Origin: Neocallimastix sp. 'constans'
Lineage: Eukaryota
Reading direction: 5' to 3'
DNA length: 64,000 nt
Assembly: GCA_050613775.1 (NCBI GenBank)
Contig: JBODTK010000125.1
Location: forward strand, 62,001 to 126,000
This document shows, piece by piece, positions 14,840 through 34,130 of the stretch; the first letter of the stretch is position 1, and every line of letters begins with the position of its first letter. Under the pieces are notes generated by a model. It was not told the origin of the DNA. It saw only the letters and a list, made by a program, of their open reading frames with translations, and searched no databases. The translations under genes were made by a program, and so were the position numbers.

Positions 14840-15277
14840 TTTTAAAATGTATTTAAATATTCTTGTTGATATATTATATATTTATTATGTATAAAATATT
14901 TTATTATATTATTAATAAGAAAGTATAAAGGAAAAAAAAAAAAAAAAAAGATGAAGAGTAATGTAAAAATAATTATATATGTATTAAAGTATTTAGATGA
15001 TATATATATATAGTAAAATAATAAGGATAACAAAAAAAAAAAATTTTTTTTGTAAAATTATATATCATATGAAGAATAGTATTACATTATAATCTTCTAT
15101 ACTTTATGAACATGAATGATTAAATTTATAAATACAAAATTATTAGTAATGTTTATTTTGATTATTCTTTAATATTTTGATTAATTATTAAAATCATAAA
15201 TATAATAATAATAATAATAATAATAAAATTTAATAATTATAATAATAATAATAATAATAATAATAAAATTTAATAAT

Positions 15278-15314
<37 letters not shown>

Positions 15315-15501
15315 TTTAATAATTATAATAATATCATTAATACAAAATAAATAAATGAATAAATAAATAAATATAAAAAAAAATACCTTAATATCATTAA
15401 ATAATAAATTTAATAAAAATAAAAATAAAATAAAATAAAAATCAAAATAAAAATCAAGATAAAATTAAATAAAATTAAATAAAATTAAATAAAATTAAAT
15501 T

Positions 15502-15658
15502 AAATAAAATAAAATAAAATAAAATAAAATAAAATAAAATAAAATAAAATAAAATAAAATAAAATAAAATAAAATAAAATAAAATAAAATAAAATAAAAT
15601 AAAATAAAATAAAATAAAATAAAATAAAATAAAATAAAATAAAATAAAATAAAATAAA
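15502..15658. repeat. (AAAAT)n microsatellite
   Basis: Pure pentanucleotide run. Confidence 0.95.
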
Positions 15659-15799
15659 AAAAGACAATAAATTTATTTCTATTTTAATATAAAATGATAG
15701 TAATATTTAAAGATTGAACTATTATATATATATTTATATATATAATACGTTTATAATATATGTTAGAAATTTTTAGTAATTTATATATATATATATATA

Positions 15800-16445
15800 T
15801 TAATGTTTTAATGTTGGAGTTTTATTTTCTTCTTCATCTGAACTTGAACTTGATGATTTATCATCATCTCCTAAACTCTTTTCATTTAAGAGTGAGTTAG
15901 GCTGACCTCCATTATTATTAACTGATGGATTATTTCCACTTTTAGTGACGGTGTTAAGAGAGGGTAATTTTGTAGTGGTTAATAGTTCCTTTTGATTTTC
16001 TTTAATAATTTGAAGTTGTTGTTCATAGAGGACTGCAAATTGTTGACGTTGATGTTGTCTTTCTGCAAGGGTTGGTGAAGTTTCTGGTTTTGGAATACCA
16101 TGAAGAAGATGCTTTGCACATCGTATCCATTTTTTGTATTCATGAAGATCAATACATAATTTATAATTAATTTCACATATAAAATCTCTTTCTACCTTGG
16201 CTAAATTTTTCGTTTCTACATTAATAATATGAGCCCATCGTGTTAAATTTTGTCTACCATCATATAATATTTTACTTGAGACAGCAAGAGCTACAATGAT
16301 TATTTTCGTTCTAAAATAATCCTAATTTTTTTTTTTTTTTTTTTTTTTTATTTTTTATTTTTTATTTTATTTTATTTATTTTATTTTTTATTTTTTATTT
16401 TATTTTATGTTTTTTATTTTTTTTATTTTTTTTATTTTATTTTAT

Positions 16446-16476
<31 letters not shown>

Positions 16477-16547
16477 TTTTTTTTAATTTTTTTATTTTTT
16501 ATTTTTTTTTATTTTTTTTTTTTATTTTTTTTATTTTTTTTTTTTTA

Positions 16548-16579
<32 letters not shown>

Positions 16580-16721
16580 CATTTTTTTTTATAATTTATT
16601 TATATTAAGTCATATCATATAGAAATATATTCATATATTATTGGAATAAATTATTATGATTATAATAAAAAATATTTAATGTAATTTTTTTTTTTTTTTT
16701 TTTAAAAAATTATTATAAAAA

Positions 16722-16764
<43 letters not shown>

Positions 16765-17713
16765 GAAGAAAAAAATATTAATTATATATTATTATATTAT
16801 ATTATTTTATAAAATTATAAATTTTAATAATATATATATATTAGTCGAATAAAAAAGATGAAATTTTTACATGTGTTACAGCGATTCTTGAATATTGATC
16901 TGGAAGTTTTTGAAATAAATGACCTAATTCTGATGCTACTCTTAATTTACGTTGTTGAACATAACGATCAATATAAATAATAGCGCATATTAGTACAGGT
17001 AGGGTTACAGAGATATGCTCAACCGTTTTGAAACATATAATGTAATATGTAATGTATTCAGCTGCCAAAACTTTACCTCTTGGTCCAGCTGCAATTTGTT
17101 TCAAATTACGACGCAATTCCGGATAGATAATAAACATAAGTAATGTACTTATAATACGAACTAAACGATGTGAAGCACAATCCAAATTAAATATATTTTC
17201 TACTCCTGCGATATTAATAAGAAGTGAATGTAATCCTGCAAAATCTATTTTTTGTTTTTCCTTAACACCATTTACTGCTTGATTAGATGCTGCTGATGAT
17301 GGTGATAGTAAATTAGCATCTTTTGTTTTATCCTTACTCGATGATTTTTTTGAAATTAGTTGATTATCCATGGTTTTATCCGCTACAATTTTTACTGGTG
17401 AAGAGGAACCATTGTTATGACTAATATTATTATTATTATTTCCATTTAAACTAATAAAACTTTGAACGGAAGAAGATGAGTTTGTGGTATAATTATTCAT
17501 TCCACTGAAATTACTATTACCTCTTGTTAAAAATGGGGGTTGAAAGGAGGATGCACTGCTCATAGAACTGACCGAACTACAATAGCTAGGACTACAAATA
17601 GAAAAATTTTGTGTATCATCGGTTCTAGGGGTATTGTATTCTTTATTTAACTCTTCTGGAAAATATTGAATTGGATGTGGTATTTGTTTAAGTATTTCTG
17701 TTGTATTCTCCAT
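15800..17713 (-). CDS. Pho80/Pcl-family cyclin; exons 17713-16871, 16321-15800; 454 aa
   Basis: Exon 1 ends with a cyclin-box helix (VTLPVLICAIIYIDRY). The GTAAAA donor and TTAG acceptor join to DYFRTKIIIVALAVSSKILYDGRQNLTRWAHIINVETKNLAKVERDFICEINYKLCIDLHEYKKW, the Pcl-type SK..D...WA...L...ER.F....NY.L pattern. Confidence 0.85.
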
Positions 17714-18598
17714 TTTATTTTTATTTTATTTTATTTTATTTTTATTTTTATTTGTTATTTTAATTTTAATTTTATTTTTTTTACTTTTATTTCTTTATTT
17801 TATTTTATTTAATTTTATATATTTTTTTATTTTTTTAATATATATACAATATATATTTATATATATAAAGAAAGAAAGAAATAAAGATGTTAATAAAAAT
17901 ATAAATAATTTAATCTTTGATATCCTTATTATAAAATAATCCTAACTAAAATATCTTTGCTTTGATATTCTTAATATTAATTCATATATATATATATATA
18001 TATACTTCTATTGCTTATCTTGTTATATATAAATATATATACCTTTTTTTTTTATAAAATATGGTTACTAATATTATTATGTTATTGAATATGTTTAGTG
18101 AAATATTATATTAATTTTTATTGATTATTTTTTAAATTGTATTTTAGTTTCTTTAATACATGTTATGAAATAGTATATATTATATAATATAGCCAAAAAA
18201 ACAAAAAAATTTAGACAATGTTATAAAAATAAATTGATTATTAATATAAAATAATAATCTTTTTTTTTTAAAATTATTTTTTTTTTTTATTTTATTATCT
18301 TAATATATTTAATTTAATTAACCATTTTTTTTATTAATATATTATTTATAATTACTATATATATATATTTTAGATTGAAGCAATTATTAATAATTAATTT
18401 ATATAAATATATAATATTGATTTTATTATATATATATATATATATAATATATATATATTTTTTTGATCTTTTATTTTATATTTTTATTTGGGAGGTGTGT
18501 AATACATTTATAATTTTTTTTTTTAAAATAATTTTATTATATAATATTTGATTGATTAATTAAATTGGAATTGGTGAACATTTAATTTCTTTTTCTTT

Positions 18599-18641
<43 letters not shown>

Positions 18642-18829
18642 TATTGAAATAAAAAAAAAAAGTGAAAAAAAAAAGCTAAGGCAAAATCAAAAACAAAAAA
18701 CAAAAACAAAAAAAATTAAGGAAATAAAAAATAATATGAAAGTTTAATAGTTTAAATTTATAATTAACTGTTAATAATTGAAATGATGTTTTTTTTTTTT
18801 TTTTTAATAAAATATAATTAGTAAATTAT

Positions 18830-19000
<171 letters not shown>

Positions 19001-19057
19001 TGAAATGATGTTTTTTTTTTTATTTTTTAATTTTTTTTTAAAAAATTATATTTATAG

Positions 19058-19089
<32 letters not shown>

Positions 19090-19188
19090 AAAAGGTAATA
19101 ATCAAATATTTAAATTATTTTTATTAATAATTATAAGATAATATTTTATAATATTTTATAATTTTTTTTAAAAAAAACTTTATTTTAT

Positions 19189-19223
<35 letters not shown>

Positions 19224-19984
19224 GATTTTTTTTTTTAAGAATCATTTATTTTAATATTAGATAAATTATCATTTCTTTTCCTTAAGTGGTATAATTAAAA
19301 ATTGATAATTTTGATTATATATTAAAGTTATTATTTAACCTATTAATATATATAAAAATTCTCTCAAGAATTTAAATAATTAATATCTATTTATTTAAAT
19401 ATGAAAAAACATTTTATAAAAAAAAAAGTATCCAATACATGACTATTATTATATTTAATGTTTTTTTTTTTTTTTTTTTTTTTATATATTTATAATAGAA
19501 TTTAACAACTATTGAAATCAATTTAAAAATTGAAGTAATCAATAATTTAAAACATATATATACTTATATATAAATTAATACTAATAAAATTGAATAATTT
19601 TGTTCTATTCCTTTTTTTTTTTTTTTTTTTTTTTAAACTTTTAATTTATAATTTTCCTAAATTTTATGAAGTTTATGATATGAAAAGAACTAATACCAGA
19701 GGTAATAACAATTAATAATACTACAAATAATAATAAAATAATGAAAAAATTATATATATTATTTAAAATTATATTTTATAATAATTTTATTTAAGTTATT
19801 ATTTAAAAGTTATTATTTAAATGAATAAAGCATTACTATTATTATTATATATGTATATATATTCATATAATAATAATATTAATAGTAGTGATAATAATAA
19901 TTAATTAGAAAAAAAAATAAATAATATTTAAATAATTACCATAAATTATATTTGAGTTATTATTATTATTATTATTATTATTTT

Positions 19985-20044
<60 letters not shown>

Positions 20045-21449
20045 AATTTTAATAGGAATAAAAAATTAGTTATTATAACATGTTAAATTTTATTAATTCA
20101 AAGTAATAATAATTTGAGTTAAAATTTAATTATAATAAATTTTCATATTTTTTTAGTTATTATTAATATTTATTATTATCTATGTTGATTTGCATTGTTC
20201 CTTAAATAATATCAATATTCAAAAATTTCATACATTAATAAAAATGATATAAAATTATTAGATTAATAAAAAAAAAAAGTATTTTAATAATTATAATATA
20301 TATAAAAAAATATATAATAAAAAATATTTAAAACATTTTAGTAAACATTACTAAAATAATATATATATTAATTTTAATATAATATTAAATAACAATAAAT
20401 TTTTATTTTTTTATTTTTATTTTTATTTTTTTATTTTTATTTTTATTTTTTTATTTTTATTTTTATTTTTTAATATATTTTATCTTAGAATTAATAAATA
20501 TCTAATATATATAATTTAAATTTTGGAAAAACTAGTATAATTTTATTATTATTATTATTATTTTTTTTAAATATATATAATATATAATATTAAAATAGTT
20601 GGAAAAATTATTATAATTTTATTTTATTTTATTTTTATTTTTTTTTTTTTAAAAAAAAAGATTAAGTTTAAATTTCTATACTTATTAAATTTATAATATT
20701 AGTGGCTTTCTTAATATTTTAATATCATTATAAAAATTATTAATTTAGTTTTCGAATTTTTAAAATTATAAAAATTATAAAAATAGTTTTGGAAAGTCAT
20801 ACTACTATTTATATATGTACATTTAAAATTTACTATCTTACTATTTTTTTTATTCCTTTAAAAGATTATTAATAAATAAGATTGAAGGTATATATAACTT
20901 TATGTATTATAAAGTTTATACTAACTCTTTAAAAAAAAAAAAAAAAAAAAGAAATTATTATAATTGAAATTAAATGAAAATAAATAACTAAAATATATTT
21001 ATATATATATATATATAAATATTTATTTTAAATTTATTTTGATTTATTAAGATAATGAATATAAAACTTTGTTCGATATAAAAAAATAGTAGTAAAAATC
21101 AATGGTAGATAGTATATAAAATTATAATATATATATATGTTTTGCCTTTTTTTTTTTTTTTATATATATTTATTTTTTTTCTTCTTCTTTTCTCTTTTTA
21201 TTTCTATTTTATCATTATTATTATTATTATCATATTTGAGGATTAACAAAAAAAAAAAAAAACAACAAAAAAAAAAAATCGATAATAAAATAATTTTTAT
21301 ATTTAAATAAATATAATATATTTTATTATATTATATTTAGAAAGGAAAATAATTATGTTGAAAAAAAAATATAAAAATAATATATATTTTGCGGAGATGT
21401 TTTATGTATTATAATACATTTAATATAGAGTTAACTTAAACCATTTTTT

Positions 21450-21490
<41 letters not shown>

Positions 21491-21542
21491 CTTTTTTTTT
21501 TTTTTATAAAATTATATATATTAAAGAGAAATTAGTTTAATA

Positions 21543-24787
<3,245 letters not shown>

Positions 24788-25335
24788 AAAAAAAAAAAAA
24801 ATTTTTTTTATTAAAAAAATTGAAAATTCTAGTATTTATTACTAGTTAATGGATAATATATATATATATATATGTATTTTTTTAGTAATTAAGTCCATTA
24901 ACTACTAATAAATATAAACTCTACTTTTTTTTTTTCTCTACTAATTTCTTAATTTTTTATTTTTTATTTTTTATTTTTTTTTTTGTTGTATATATTTAGT
25001 ATTTCATAATAATAATTTATAATTATTATTCATTTATCTGTAAATATATACATTGGTTGCTACATTTTAATTCATTAAATTATAAGTTTTTGTTTAATAT
25101 CAAATATTAAAAATATATTTTTATTATTATTATTATTATTATTATTTTTTTTTTTTTTTTTTTTATTTTTATTTTTATTTTATTTTATTTTATTTTATTT
25201 TATTTTATTTTATTTTATTTTTTTTATTTTATTTTTTTTTACTTTATTTTATTTTATTATATTTTATTTTATTTTATTATATTTTAATATTTTATTTTAT
25301 TTTATTTTATTTTATTTTTTCTTATTATTATATTA

Positions 25336-25366
<31 letters not shown>

Positions 25367-25759
25367 TTTTTAATTTTTTCTATTATCTTAACATATAATA
25401 TTATGCATTTTAATTATTATTCATTATTTTTAATATATTATTGTTTTAAACCATTTTGTTCTTATTCAATTTAATTATTATAATTTAATATTAAAATTTA
25501 ATTACTAATCTAGTAATTGTAAATAATAACAATAACAATAATCATTTTAAAAATAATTTTTTGTATAATATATATGATATTTAAAAAGTAATAATAATAA
25601 TAAAGATAATAATAAAGATAATAATAATAATAATAATAATAATTATAATAATAATTATAATAATAATTATAATAATAATTATAATAATAATAATAATAAT
25701 TATAATAATAATTATAATAATAATAATAATAATTATAATAATAATTATAATAATAATAA

Positions 25760-25806
<47 letters not shown>

Positions 25807-25900
25807 ATGATTTATAATAATAATAAAATTACATGATTTAAGTGAAAAATAAAAAATAAAATACATGAAATGAAATATTATATAATATATAATTATAAAA

Positions 25901-26672
25901 GTGCGTTAGAAGCATTAGCCTCTAACTTTTACCATTCCTCGATGATAACACCACATCCATTATTAGGAGTAATAATTTTAGTAATTTCAGTATTAGTGTT
26001 ATCTAACGAATCTGTATAAATTCTTTCACCGGGAGTTAAAAATCCATGCCTTATCGTTTCGACGTCGACGCTCTTGGCAATGGTAGATTCAACGGAATAC
26101 CATTTCATCATCAATCTAAAAGATCAATAAATTAAAGGTATTACGTTTGTTAGAAACCCCGCATTCCCCACAAAATACGGAACAATCGACGAAGTTGAAC
26201 TTTGTTTAAAAATATTATCAACTAATTGTCTTTGTTCCCTATTATTAACTTTAATTTTTTCGTATATTGAACGCCCACCAAGAAGAACACTCAATATAAA
26301 GTAATAAATATTATTATCATAAATCCTTTTTTGAATCTACAGAAACATCCAAGGATTTTTGTTCAATTATCATTGCAAACTTTAAAAAGAGATCATCTAG
26401 AAAAGGTAAAGTATATATTTCTGTAATTTTCCAATACTTTACAGGCAAAGATCCAGTGAGAAAAGCTAGGTACACTAACACCACAACAAGGGCAACATTT
26501 AGGGCAATCTTCTGAGACTATTTTTCTTTTAATGGAAATACTAATGTCAAATTTAAAACCATACCTAGTTCGAGAAATCCAAAAGAATTCTAATTGATAC
26601 TTAGGATATTGAAATGTTAAGTCTTTGATTATTCTGAAATAAATCCAAAATCATTCTCCTTGTAAATAATTG

Positions 26673-26706
<34 letters not shown>

Positions 26707-27416
26707 CTTTTAAGGGTTTGAAGACATCTCTTTCCCAATAAAACTTTTTTTATTTCACTTGTTTTTTTTTACCATTTAATTTCTTATCCAAAGTCCATGA
26801 TTCTTGAGTCCATGAGTAATGTGACATAATAGGAATATTATTAGTGAGATGATTAATAATACATGATGAGTTTTTTCATTTTCTAAATCAGCGTAATTGA
26901 GATATAAGCACAGATAGCTGAAAGAGGAGGTATTCTCAATTCACGAGTAATATCATAGAGACTAACATAAGAATTACGAGATTTAAATCCATAACTCCAA
27001 TAAAGTCCTCTATTAATAATTTTTTGAGCTTTAGAGCATCTGCTCTTATTTGAACCAAAGAGAGGAGCATAATATAAAGCAAGACTAAGAATAAACGAAA
27101 TTAAAACATATTTCTTCAATGGGAGAGGAATAGATTTATTAATAAGAAATCGAAAGTACGAATTTAATTTGACATTTAAATTACATATTCAAAATTTTCT
27201 TAAGAGCTTGTTTAGATGGAGCAACTAAAACAATATCATACGCAAAAAGTCCCCCACAACAATATTGAGAATCTAAATTTACATTATACTTATCACAATT
27301 ATCCAGTACATCATTAATGAACAAATTGAATAAAATAGGAGAAAGAGAGCATCCTTGTCTAACACCATGATTAATCGAAAAATTCTTTTGAGAGATTACC
27401 ATTAAAAAAAGCAACA
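25901..27416 (-). mobile_element. 5'-truncated, decayed non-LTR retrotransposon (LINE ORF2: RT fragment + CCHC zinc knuckle)
   Basis: 27414-27181 encodes GVRQGCSLSPILFNLFINDVL...GGLFAYDIVLVAPS (RT motifs, catalytic xADD mutated to FAYD). About 26494-26441 encodes CPCCGVSVPSFSHWIFAC (CX2CX8HX4C). The element carries stops, frameshifts and an internal deletion, and abuts (TA)n at 27417. Confidence 0.9.
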
Positions 27417-27594
27417 GATATATATATATATATATATATTTAATATATACATATATATAAATAATAACAATAACAACAACAGTAATATATATATATATAT
27501 TTACAACAACAATTATTGTGAACTATAATAATTTTATATAATTTTTTAAATACGAAATACATTTTCAAATAAAGACATTATAATAGTATAATAA

Positions 27595-27658
<64 letters not shown>

Positions 27659-27665
27659 TTAATAA

Positions 27666-27709
<44 letters not shown>

Positions 27710-27716
27710 TTAATAA

Positions 27717-27764
<48 letters not shown>

Positions 27765-27889
27765 ATACATACATAAATAAATAAATAAAATACTGTATTT
27801 TTAACATCAAAAATATTTATAAATTTATTTATTAATATTAAATATTGAAAAAATAAAATATATAAAAAGTTTTTTAAAAAATATATCCA

Positions 27890-27920
<31 letters not shown>

Positions 27921-28305
27921 TTTAAATTATTAAAATAATAATAAATAATTATATATTATTTATTATCAATTATTAATAATTGTTATTATCCAAAAAAAAA
28001 AAAAAAATTAAAAAATTAAAAAATAATAAACTATGTACATCAATTGGTAATTATATTATATTAAACTATTAATATTATAATATCATAATATCATATCAAA
28101 AAGTGAAAAGTAAAAAAAAAAAATTACTATTTCATTTTCATATAAATATATAAATTTAAATATATCCAATTTTTTTTTTTTTTAAAATATAAAATTAAAT
28201 TAAATAATAAAAGTATTATGAATAAATTAATGATTAAAATATATATATTAATTATATAAATATTAAATTATAAATATAAATAATTATGAATAAATATTTG
28301 TTTTA

Positions 28306-28340
<35 letters not shown>

Positions 28341-28366
28341 AAATAAAAAAAGTTAAGAAAAGAGAA

Positions 28367-31207
28367 TTAACTGTTTTGTGGAGTAGAAGAAGCTTGACTA
28401 TTTATTTCTTTTTCTAACTTTGATGTGTATTCTTGTTGAGTTTTAAGAGATTTCAAAAGGTGATTAATATAATCTACACTCTTTTGAAGAATTACCCCTT
28501 TATGGGTTCTATTTTCATTTGCACATTGATCAAAGAAAGATTCAGGAATTAATGTAGATAATTCAAATATCTTTTCATTAATAAAATCTCTTCTTCTTCT
28601 TTCTGTGGCATTATGGGATTCTTTTCTTTTCTTTCTTTTTTCATTTAAAATATCCAATCTTTATTTTATATTATATTATTATTTTTTTTTTTTTTTAGTT
28701 ATAATATAAATTTATAAATATTAGTTTATATGATATTAAATTACATTTACATAATTTAAAAAATAATATAAATAATGAAAGAATATATAATTATATTTAT
28801 TTATAAAAAGAAAGTGGGAGATAAAAAAAAAAAAAAAAAAAAAAAACTTACTGGCTAGCCAACGAGAAATATCCTTTATGGTATGATGGATTATATTTAT
28901 ATGGAAATGAGTTTGAACCATTATTAAATAATTCTTCATTTAACGAACTATTAACTATATGTTGATTTTGTATTGTTTTGGTAGTATGAGATGAACCTAA
29001 AGATTGTGAATCACAACCATAGTTTCTAATTTTTCTGGTTGGAATGGCTAATGTATTAGACCTAACAAATAAATTATTACCAGAATAAGAATTATTTGGA
29101 GTGACGACAGATACAGGGACCTGCTGTATTTGATTAGATAATTCATAATTATCTAGTGGCTTATTAACATGTTCTGATGATGTAATAACAAATGATGGAG
29201 ATATCATATTATTAATATCTTTGTTGATTCCAACTATAAATAAAATAAAATAAAATAAAATAAAATAAAATAAAATAGAATAAAATAGAATAATATAATA
29301 TATTATCAATTAAAAATTATATATAAATAAATTATATATTTATATAGATAATATTAGATATTATAAATTTATTTATTAAGAATAATTTGAGAATTACCTG
29401 AATGATGATGAGGTGTATGAAGTAAATTATTATTATATTTTTTATTAATCTCATCAATACAGGATAATTTAGTATCGAGAGAAGAAGACAAGGCTGTCTT
29501 CATAGATACCTTCTTCTTGACATAATTAATTTTTGTACCTGGTTCTTTTTTAACTAATTTCAAAGAACTGGATAAAGGATAATTCAAATATTTAGAATTA
29601 GATAAAGATTTTTCATATTGTTGCTGTTGTGGTTTTTTGATATAACTTTTTCTATAGATTATTGAATTACTTATTTTATGTTTTAAGCTACTACTATTTA
29701 CACCTGAATAATATAAATTATTGACTGGATTAATGGATGCAGTAGTAATTGGTGTTGTAGTAGCGGTTGCAGTGGTTACTGCAGCTTGTGTAATAGTAGA
29801 AGAAGAGGTTGTAGCAGAGGTAGTAAATTGGTTATTAATGTTGGTGGAGTAGGGTGTAGATGAATGTAAATTTGTAAAAACTTCCTTCGTTGAAGGAATA
29901 TTGGTATTAGTTGGAGTGGAAGAGGATACTTCCTGATTATTTAAATCCATTAGAGAATGAATATGTAAATTTGAAATTTTTTTAGTAATTATTGTATTTA
30001 AATCCAATGAGTTATTAATATCAGAAGAAGGTTGAGAAGGTGGAGGAGGAGGAGGAGGGGGAGGAATTGGAATAGAAGAAGAAAGATTAGAAAGATCACT
30101 ACTAAGATTAGATGGATAATTCATTTCTAAATTCATATCCATATCCATTGGTGATTTATCCACATAAGTATTATAGGATTTTGTTAATGGATTTATGGAA
30201 TTTTGTAATTTCATTTTAACGGCCGATTCCAATTCCGGTTCTTGCTTAATAACGGTAGAAGAAGATGTAAAGTGGTCAAGAGAATTAGTATTCATATTTG
30301 TACTTAATAATACATTCGATTCTCCATTATTGAAATTTGTGGATAAATGAGATGCAAAAGAAATATTTTTAGCTTGAGCATGAGATAAAAGTGGATTTGC
30401 TGTTGTAGTCGTCATAAATGTTGGTGGATGAGGTTGAATGGAAGACTGTTGTTGTTGCTGTTGAAGTTGCTTTTGTTGCTGTTGTTGCTGTTGTTGTTGC
30501 TGCTGAGACTGTAATGTCATTAATGAATTGTTCAAAATGGAAATATTATTAGAATTTAATGAATTATTTAAATCTATATCAGATTGATAAAATAGAGATA
30601 AAGAGTTTATATTATCTGATGAATTCAAATTTTCATTAATATTTTCCATAGAAAGAGTAGTTGGTGTTTCTACAGAATTAACATAAGAGTGGGATGTTAA
30701 ATTTCTGTTTTCATTAGTATGATAAGAAGAAGAATTAACTGGTATAGGAATTGGATTTGCTGTAGTTGTAAATGAAGTTACATTAGTGGAAGAAATGGAA
30801 TTTGAATTATTAATGTTGGATAATCTAATGGAATTAGACTCTAAATTTGAATCTAAACCAAGAGAATTCTCAGTAGGACATGGATAATTATTTTCAGTAA
30901 AACCTATATCAGTTTTTGATGACTCTTCTAAAGCTGATGTATATAATTCATTAGATAATGAATTATTTATATTTTTATTAAAATTATTATTTGCATAAAT
31001 ATTTAAAGTATTTAAATTTATATTAGAATGACTCATTATTTTTGAGAAGTCATTAATTTTTTTGGATAAATTTGAATTTGAGAAATTAATAAGATTTTTT
31101 TTAGTAAAATCTGCTTTATAAGATGAATTAATGGAATTTATTGAAAATGGTATTTTATTTGAAGTAGTTAATACTTCATGTGAAACAATGTTATTATCAA
31201 TATCCAT
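28367..31207 (-). CDS. bHLH-zipper transcription factor, MiT/TFE-Rtg3/USF-like; exons 31207-29398, 29233-28852, 28658-28367; 827 aa
   Basis: The last exon encodes RKKRKESHNATERRRRDFINEKIFELSTLIP...HKGVILQKSVDYINHL (H-E-R E-box-binding basic region). Splice sites are phase-consistent. The long N/S-rich N-terminus has polyQ and polyP tracts. Confidence 0.88.
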
Positions 31208-32428
31208 TTTTTTTCTATAAATTTTTTTATTTATAAATTAAATACTTTGAATTGGGTAGTGATATTAATAATATATATATTTATATATTAAAATTATTGA
31301 ATAATAATATATATATATATGAATAAATTAATTGAGAAAAATTTTATATAAAAATTATTTGTTATATATAACTATTTCCCAATTTTTTTTTTTTTTTTTT
31401 TTTAATAATATATAAACAATAATAATGGGTAAAATTTATTAAATAACATACCTTAATAGTCTTTCTATTTTATGCTCTGTATCGAATATAAATTATATTT
31501 ACTTTAACTTTTACTTTTACTTTTATTTTTTTTTATTTTTATTTTTATTTCTTTTTTTGTCTTTTGTTTTGTTCTGTTTTGTCTTTATTGTTTGATTAGT
31601 CGAATTTAAAATAAATTTATTTTTAGTCGAGGTTTAAATTTTAAATAATATTTCCTTTATAATTACTTCTTTCTAGAGTTATTTAATTTTTTAATTTGAG
31701 TTATTTATTTTATTTTATTTTTATTTTAAAAATATATTATATCTTTAAAACTTTTTTTGATGATTTATTAATTAATGATTTTTGTTCTTTTTAATAATTT
31801 TTGAATGAATTACTTTGAGCTTTTTATTAATATTTTTATTTATTTCTCTTTTTTTTTTTTTTTTTTATTTTGTAGCTTTAATTTTTTTAATATTCTTTGT
31901 ATTGTTATTATTATTATTTTGTTTCTTTTTTCCTTTTATCTTTTTTTTTTTATTTTTGTTCCAAATTATACTTATATGAGCAAATGAACGAATGAAAAAA
32001 AAAAAAAAAATTATATATATATATTTTTTATTTTACATACATTAAAAATAATTTAGTCTTAAGTCAAGAATAATTATATTTATTATAGAAAATAAAATTT
32101 ATTTATATTCTGTAAAAGTTCAATATTTTTAATATTTTGTTGTAGTTCTTTTAAATATTTCGTTATTTTTCGTGTATTTTTCATATATCCATTTTACTAG
32201 TTAAAAACGTTGTACTTTAATATATTTCTTTTGAAGTAAAAAATAATATTTTGTATATTCATATTATTAATTTTTTAATTTTTTTTTTTTTAAAGAGTAT
32301 TTGGAAGAATTCTGTTATTATGTATTATTAATTATTATTTTTAAATTTATCTCTATATATTTCTAATTTTTCATCACTTTTATATCATATGTACAACATT
32401 TATTTAAACAAAAATTAACAATATTGTT

Positions 32429-32471
<43 letters not shown>

Positions 32472-32521
32472 TTTATATATTTATATAAATATACTTATAT
32501 ATTTAATAATACAGATAAATA

Positions 32522-32553
<32 letters not shown>

Positions 32554-34084
32554 AATTTTTGAATTCTAATAAAATTATTCAAAGAATATTTTATATATTT
32601 ATATACTAATTTTCATATTAATATATATATAAAAAAAAATAAAAAAAAAAAAAAAAAAAGGTAAATTGTAAAAATATATATATAAATTTTAATTCAAAGA
32701 AAAAATAAATTATATAATTTTATTTTAAATTTATAATATTAAAATTTAAAATATAATATTAAATTTATCTTTTAAAAAAAAACACATTTTTTTTAAAAAA
32801 AAAAAATAACAAAATAATTTATTATAATATATAATATAATATATATTAATTTATTTGTTATTGATAATTGATTAAAAAATAATTTAAATAGTAATAAAAA
32901 CATTAATAATTAATAAATATATTAAACTTTAATTATTTAGTTTTGTTATTATAGAATTAAAATTTATAGAAGAAGAAAATTTTAAAAAAAAAAAAAAAAA
33001 ATACAGATTTTTAAAAATTATATAATAAAATTAATACATGTATATCATTAGCACTTATATGTAACAAATACATAAAAAATGTATTATTTTTAATTAAATT
33101 CCATAGTAAATTGTTATTAATTAAATTGATTAAATATTGAATTTTAATTATTAAATTATTTATTTATTATTTATTTATTAATTTAAATAAATAAAAAACT
33201 TTAATTATTAAAACATTAAATAGATAAATAAATAAAAAAAAAAAAAAAAAAAAAAATAAAAAAAAAAATAATTAAAATAAAAAATAAAAAATATACAAAA
33301 CTATCAGTAATTATATTCCATATTTCTGTAAATGCTTAATGAATTTTTCAATTAAAAAATAGCGTTTTATGGATAAATAAACAGATAAATTAATAATAAC
33401 AATAATATATAATAACAAAAATATAGTTATTAAATTTTTATAAACTTAACATTATTAATAAATATTAATTTAAATAATTATTGTTTTTATCATTTAAAAT
33501 ATTCTTATTTAATATAAAATTTAATTTCCTACTATTATAATAAAAAGCTAACAGCCATCATAGTTTAATTTGTTTATTATTATAATTAAATATAATATAC
33601 ATGTTTGTATGTATTATTAAATAATAATATAACATAGTTTAATATAACAATACCAAAATAAAAATAAAAATAAAAAATAAAAATAAAAATAAAAAAAAAT
33701 TAAAAATTAGATAATAGCAACAGTTAATTATAAAATTATAAATTAATAATATTAATAATAGTTTGTTTTTCTAAATTATTCTAGATGGTTATTCTTATCC
33801 AATAACCAAATGACAAAATTTTAGTTAAACAATGACAATAACAAAATGGAATAACCTACTTAAATTAACATTTAAATTTAAAATCAAATTTTTTTTTAAA
33901 AATTTTTATTTAAAGTTGACATTTTATAATAATAATAATAATAAAATTATTATTATTGTATTATTATTACCATTATTATATATGATATATTTATTCTTAT
34001 TAACAAATGGCTAATACTGAAACCTTAAAAGTAATATATATAATAAAATTATATAATGATATTTTATTATTAAATATGATTTAT

Positions 34085-34130
<46 letters not shown>

